DNA of 57,134 bases, from NCBI GenBank assembly GCA_964472445.1, contig CAYYMU010000001.1, positions 1-57,134 on the forward strand. Direction: 5' to 3'. Shown here one piece after another: positions 54,431 to 57,134 of the stretch; the stretch's first letter is position 1; each line of letters begins with the position of its first letter. The notes below the pieces were generated by a model. The model did no database searches. It was given only the letters and a program-made list of their open reading frames with translations, and had not been told where the DNA came from. The position numbers and the translations under genes are program-made. Source of the stretch: an uncultured Desulfobacteraceae bacterium. Its GTDB lineage: Bacteria > Desulfobacterota > Desulfobacteria > Desulfobacterales > ETH-SRB1.

Positions 54431-55627
54431 ATGAAATCTTTTAATGGTAAAAACACGCCGATCCAAACAGGTCTTGAAAACTTTATTAAGAGTCCGCCTG
54501 AATGGATAACAAAAAAGCTCCTGGGTCTTTTAAGTAATTCTGCTTCAGTTGATAAAAACCTGTCTTCTTCCCGTGCATTAATAGAAAAACATTTTCCAGG
54601 TAAACTCACAGCCCTGTTTTCACCTCAGCATGGATTTTTTGCGGAAAAACAGGATAATATGATAGAATCACAAAATGTGGTTGATTCATTGTTGAAAATT
54701 CCTGTTTTCAGCCTTTACGGTAAAACCAGAATTCCTGCCAAAGAGATGTTTGATTTAATCGATGTTATCATTATTGACCTGCAGGATGCAGGGACAAGGG
54801 TTTATACCTTTATTTACACCATGTCCTTTTGCCTTGAAGCAGCGAAAAAGTTCGGGAAAAAAGTACTGATCCTTGACAGGCCAAATCCCATAAACGGTTT
54901 AATGGTGGAAGGAAATTGTCTGTCTCCTGAATATTCATCATTTGTAGGCAGATACCCAATACCAATGCGACATGGATTAACCATAGGCGAGCTGGCACTT
55001 ATGTTTAACAACCATTTTAAGATTAGCTGCGATCTAACGGTTATCCCAATGAAAGGCTGGCGCAGAAGTATGTATTTTCAAGACACAGGCCTTCCATGGA
55101 TTCCACCATCACCCAACCTGCCGACACCTGTATCTGCAATGGTTTACCCTGGCCAGGTATTATGGGAAGGAACCAATATTTCCGAGGGCAGGGGGACAAC
55201 TCAGCCCTTTGAACTTTTTGGAGCTCCGTTTATCAATACAGAAAAGATTTTATCTGAATCTGACTTAAACAGGCTGCCGGGCATGGTTCTAAGGCAAACC
55301 GTATTTGAACCCACATCAAACAAATGGCAGGGAAAACAATGCAAGGGCTTCCAGATCCATATAACCGAGCCAGATAAATACCGGCCTTATATAACCACAC
55401 TCAAGTTGCTCCGAGCTGTAATTTTTTATAATAAAAATCAGTTTGATTGGAAACCGCCGCCATATGAGTATGAATTTGAGAAATTTCCGATTGATCTTAT
55501 AATCGGCGACAAGAAAATACGAAAACAAATAGAAAATTTTGACAACATTGATGAGATGGCGGCATCCTGGGAGGATGATATAAATAAGTTTATTAAGGTG
55601 AGTCGCCAATTTTATCTTTACAGTTAA
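54431..55627 (+). CDS. DUF1343 family protein (NamZ-type exo-beta-N-acetylmuramidase family)
   Basis: 398 aa. Layout and motifs (LLSN.ASVD, FSPQHGF, DLQDAGTRVYT, DRPNP) match my recollection of DUF1343/YzbB proteins. Confidence 0.65.
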   Translation: MKSFNGKNTPIQTGLENFIKSPPEWITKKLLGLLSNSASVDKNLSSSRALIEKHFPGKLTALFSPQHGFFAEKQDNMIESQNVVDSLLKIPVFSLYGKTRIPAKEMFDLIDVIIIDLQDAGTRVYTFIYTMSFCLEAAKKFGKKVLILDRPNPINGLMVEGNCLSPEYSSFVGRYPIPMRHGLTIGELALMFNNHFKISCDLTVIPMKGWRRSMYFQDTGLPWIPPSPNLPTPVSAMVYPGQVLWEGTNISEGRGTTQPFELFGAPFINTEKILSESDLNRLPGMVLRQTVFEPTSNKWQGKQCKGFQIHITEPDKYRPYITTLKLLRAVIFYNKNQFDWKPPPYEYEFEKFPIDLIIGDKKIRKQIENFDNIDEMAASWEDDINKFIKVSRQFYLYS

Positions 55628-55737
55628 ACAAATAAATCAACCATTTTTAATTTATTTTGTGTGTTCTTAGTGGTAATTCATGTAACAATAAATTTTTGTT
55701 GGATAAAACAAAATATTACGGTCTCAGGAGATCTGAA

Positions 55738-56436
55738 GTGGAAAAAAAGCAACCAGCCTGGAAACGGATGGTATTTAAAAAAAACAAGGTATGGATGGCA
55801 ACAGAACAAAATGGAAAACCAATTATAACAAATGGTAAGGTCCTGATAAAATATCAGCTTGATCAGGATCATGAATACTGGGTTCACGAAAACGGGGTCA
55901 GACCTGTTGAGTCATTGCAACCTGAGAATAAAGAACTTAAAAAAAACAGACCAGACAAAAACTCTACAGTTAAGCTTGATACAAAAACAGAGCACAACGC
56001 AGAATTCAATAAAGAAGCTGTAAGCGAGAATACAATTTTTATTTATACAGACGGCGCATCTTCCGGTAATCCAGGGCCTTCAGGAGCAGGAGTTTTGCTG
56101 CGTTTCAAAGACCACGAAAAGGAAATATCGAAAAATATAGGGGTTGCAACCAACAACATCGCAGAGCTTGAAGCAATTAAAACAGCCCTCTTGGAGCTGA
56201 AACATTATGATTATCCTGTAAGAATTTTTACAGACAGCAGTTATTCGTACGGGGTTCTTACGCTTGGGTGGAAGGCAAAAAAAAACATACAATTAATAGA
56301 ATCGATCAAAAAACTGATTGCGAAATTCAGCGATCTGAAATTAATCAAGGTAAAAGGCCACGACGGCCTTGAGGGAAACGAAAGAGCGGATTTTCTTGCT
56401 ACTTCAGCTATAAAAAAGACTATTGAAAAATCATGA
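55738..56436 (+). CDS. rnhA: RNase HI with an uncharacterised about 100-aa N-terminal extension
   Basis: The C-terminal 145 aa carry RNase HI catalytic motifs (YTDGAS.GNPGP.G, NN.AELEA, TDS.Y, H.G..GNE.AD). GTG 55738 has an AGGAG RBS 7 nt upstream. The alternatives TTG 55657 and ATG 55768 cannot be excluded. Confidence 0.75.
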   Translation: MEKKQPAWKRMVFKKNKVWMATEQNGKPIITNGKVLIKYQLDQDHEYWVHENGVRPVESLQPENKELKKNRPDKNSTVKLDTKTEHNAEFNKEAVSENTIFIYTDGASSGNPGPSGAGVLLRFKDHEKEISKNIGVATNNIAELEAIKTALLELKHYDYPVRIFTDSSYSYGVLTLGWKAKKNIQLIESIKKLIAKFSDLKLIKVKGHDGLEGNERADFLATSAIKKTIEKS

Positions 56437-56495
56437 AGCCCCTGAAAAGCAAGACATTGCAATGGTCTCAAAGGTTTCATGATTACATTAGCCAA

Positions 56496-56783
56496 TTATT
56501 TTTCTTGTGTTTTTAATGTATCGATTTCTTTTTTCAGATCATCTATTTCTTTTTTGTATTTTTCTTCATCTTCGGGGTTATTTGACACATTGCTCGCCGG
56601 CACATCCTCTTTCTGCCATCTGTCCTTGAGTTCATCAAACCCCAGATAAAGTGCTAATCCACCTCCCAATAAAAGCATTATTGGTATAGCGCCTGCTAAA
56701 AGCTGCAAAAATGGTTTCCACCATATAGATATGCCTATAATACCCAGTACCGCCGTGATGGCTCCTCCAATTAATGTTTTCAT
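56496..56783 (-). CDS. Hypothetical 2-TM protein with acidic coiled-coil tail
   Basis: 95 aa with a GGAGGA RBS. Two Gly-rich helices, then EDEEKYKKEIDDLKKEIDTLK. Confidence 0.5.
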   Translation of the reverse strand: MKTLIGGAITAVLGIIGISIWWKPFLQLLAGAIPIMLLLGGGLALYLGFDELKDRWQKEDVPASNVSNNPEDEEKYKKEIDDLKKEIDTLKTQEK

Positions 56784-56939
56784 AAATAACTATCCTCCAT
56801 AAAACTTAAATGTATTAGAATATGTTTTATTTTTTTATGTTGAATTATATTTTTTTAGAAATTATCATAACAGGCATTACAACGCAAGGTTAATTTTTAA
56901 GAATTCACTCGTTTTGAAGAACTCGACCTTTAAATAATT

Positions 56940-57134
56940 GTAACTATTCAGCCACAGATTTACAAAGATGACCGCAGATAGGTTTAAATACAGTAACTAC
57001 TCAGGCACACAGGGACAAAGGCACAGTGGCACAAAGCAAAATAAGAACATATAGAGATTTGCAGGTCTGGCAAAAATCAATGCCCCTCTGTGCCTGAATA
57101 GTTATATGATAACAAAAGAAAAAATATCCGTGAT
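56940..57134. mobile_element. Second, more deleted copy of the four-helix-bundle element (runs off the window edge)
   Basis: Same left terminus GTAACTATTCAGCCAC and same orientation as the copy at 52604. After ...WQKSM it jumps directly to the right-arm sequence GCCCCTCTGTGCCTGA. Confidence 0.75.

Noticed and set aside
53593-56436. Sirtuin (SIR2) plus RNase H-fold gene neighbourhood as a possible NAD-depleting antiviral defence system.
   Set aside because: The sirtuin has the full canonical CobB layout (Zn ribbon, catalytic His) and a normal size of 263 aa. The RNase H is a classical RNase HI rather than a PIWI or Argonaute fold. No ATPase, TIR, or effector partners are present, and the genes are separated by a cell-wall recycling enzyme. 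A housekeeping explanation is simpler.
682-56495. Many 60-300-aa ORFs in the track are nested antisense or out of frame within long genes. Examples are 682-915, 1212-2114, 1316-1645, 6048-6392, 7624-7977, 13000-13398, 25313-25540, 29925-30278, 42244-42660, 46853-47248, 50625-51098 and 55316-55609.
   Set aside because: They overlap well-supported CDSs, lack an RBS, have low-complexity or Cys/Ser/Leu-skewed translations, and carry no recognisable motifs. They are typical shadow ORFs.
1-57134. I searched by eye for rRNA, tRNA, tmRNA/RNase P/SRP-like motifs, CRISPR repeat arrays, and transposase, integrase or phage genes.
   Set aside because: I saw no cloverleaf-like GTTCGAATC-type arms, no regularly spaced 25-40-bp repeats, and no DDE, tyrosine or serine recombinase ORFs. 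Absence judged by eye is weak evidence, so tRNAscan, Infernal and CRISPR tools should confirm it.

Overview
This 57.1-kb chromosomal window has the gene content and low GC of an anaerobic, Desulfobacterales-type sulfate reducer. That placement is inference only, because no rRNA marker is present.

Gene content, in order:
- aroQ.
- A Tmc-like transmembrane redox module: tetraheme cytochrome c3, a Trp-rich repeat protein, a NarI/DsrM-like cytochrome b, and an HdrD/DsrK-like CCG Fe-S protein.
- A tandem-USP gene paired with an ArsB/NhaD-type permease.
- A split Rnf locus: rnfB is divergent, and a membrane-anchored tetraheme cytochrome c precedes rnfCDGEA and an rseC-like gene.
- An 11-gene Mrp/Mbh-type antiporter-like cluster with three NuoL/M/N-like subunits. 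It is interrupted by a motif-degenerate sigma-54 activator paralogue. It is preceded by another tandem-USP gene and a near-consensus -24/-12 promoter.
- A five-gene phosphorelay operon that includes a periplasmic tetraheme cytochrome and a heme-c plus Cys-rich sensor kinase.
- ETF-QO, UbiB, a phasin, an acyl-CoA dehydrogenase and a CooC-like ATPase.
- An AcuC/AcuB-like pair and a DUF4390-NtrY-NtrX-like unit.
- lpxC, carB, a PurF paralogue lacking the Cys1 nucleophile, and a nonsense-interrupted PagL-like gene.
- A sirtuin, a DUF1343/NamZ-like protein and RNase HI.

Two families of non-autonomous mobile elements, each with terminal inverted repeats and target-site duplications, are scattered through the intergenic regions. 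One of them rewrites the 3' end of a gene.

I saw no rRNA, tRNA or CRISPR array. All functional calls rest on motif reading by eye, and no database search was run.
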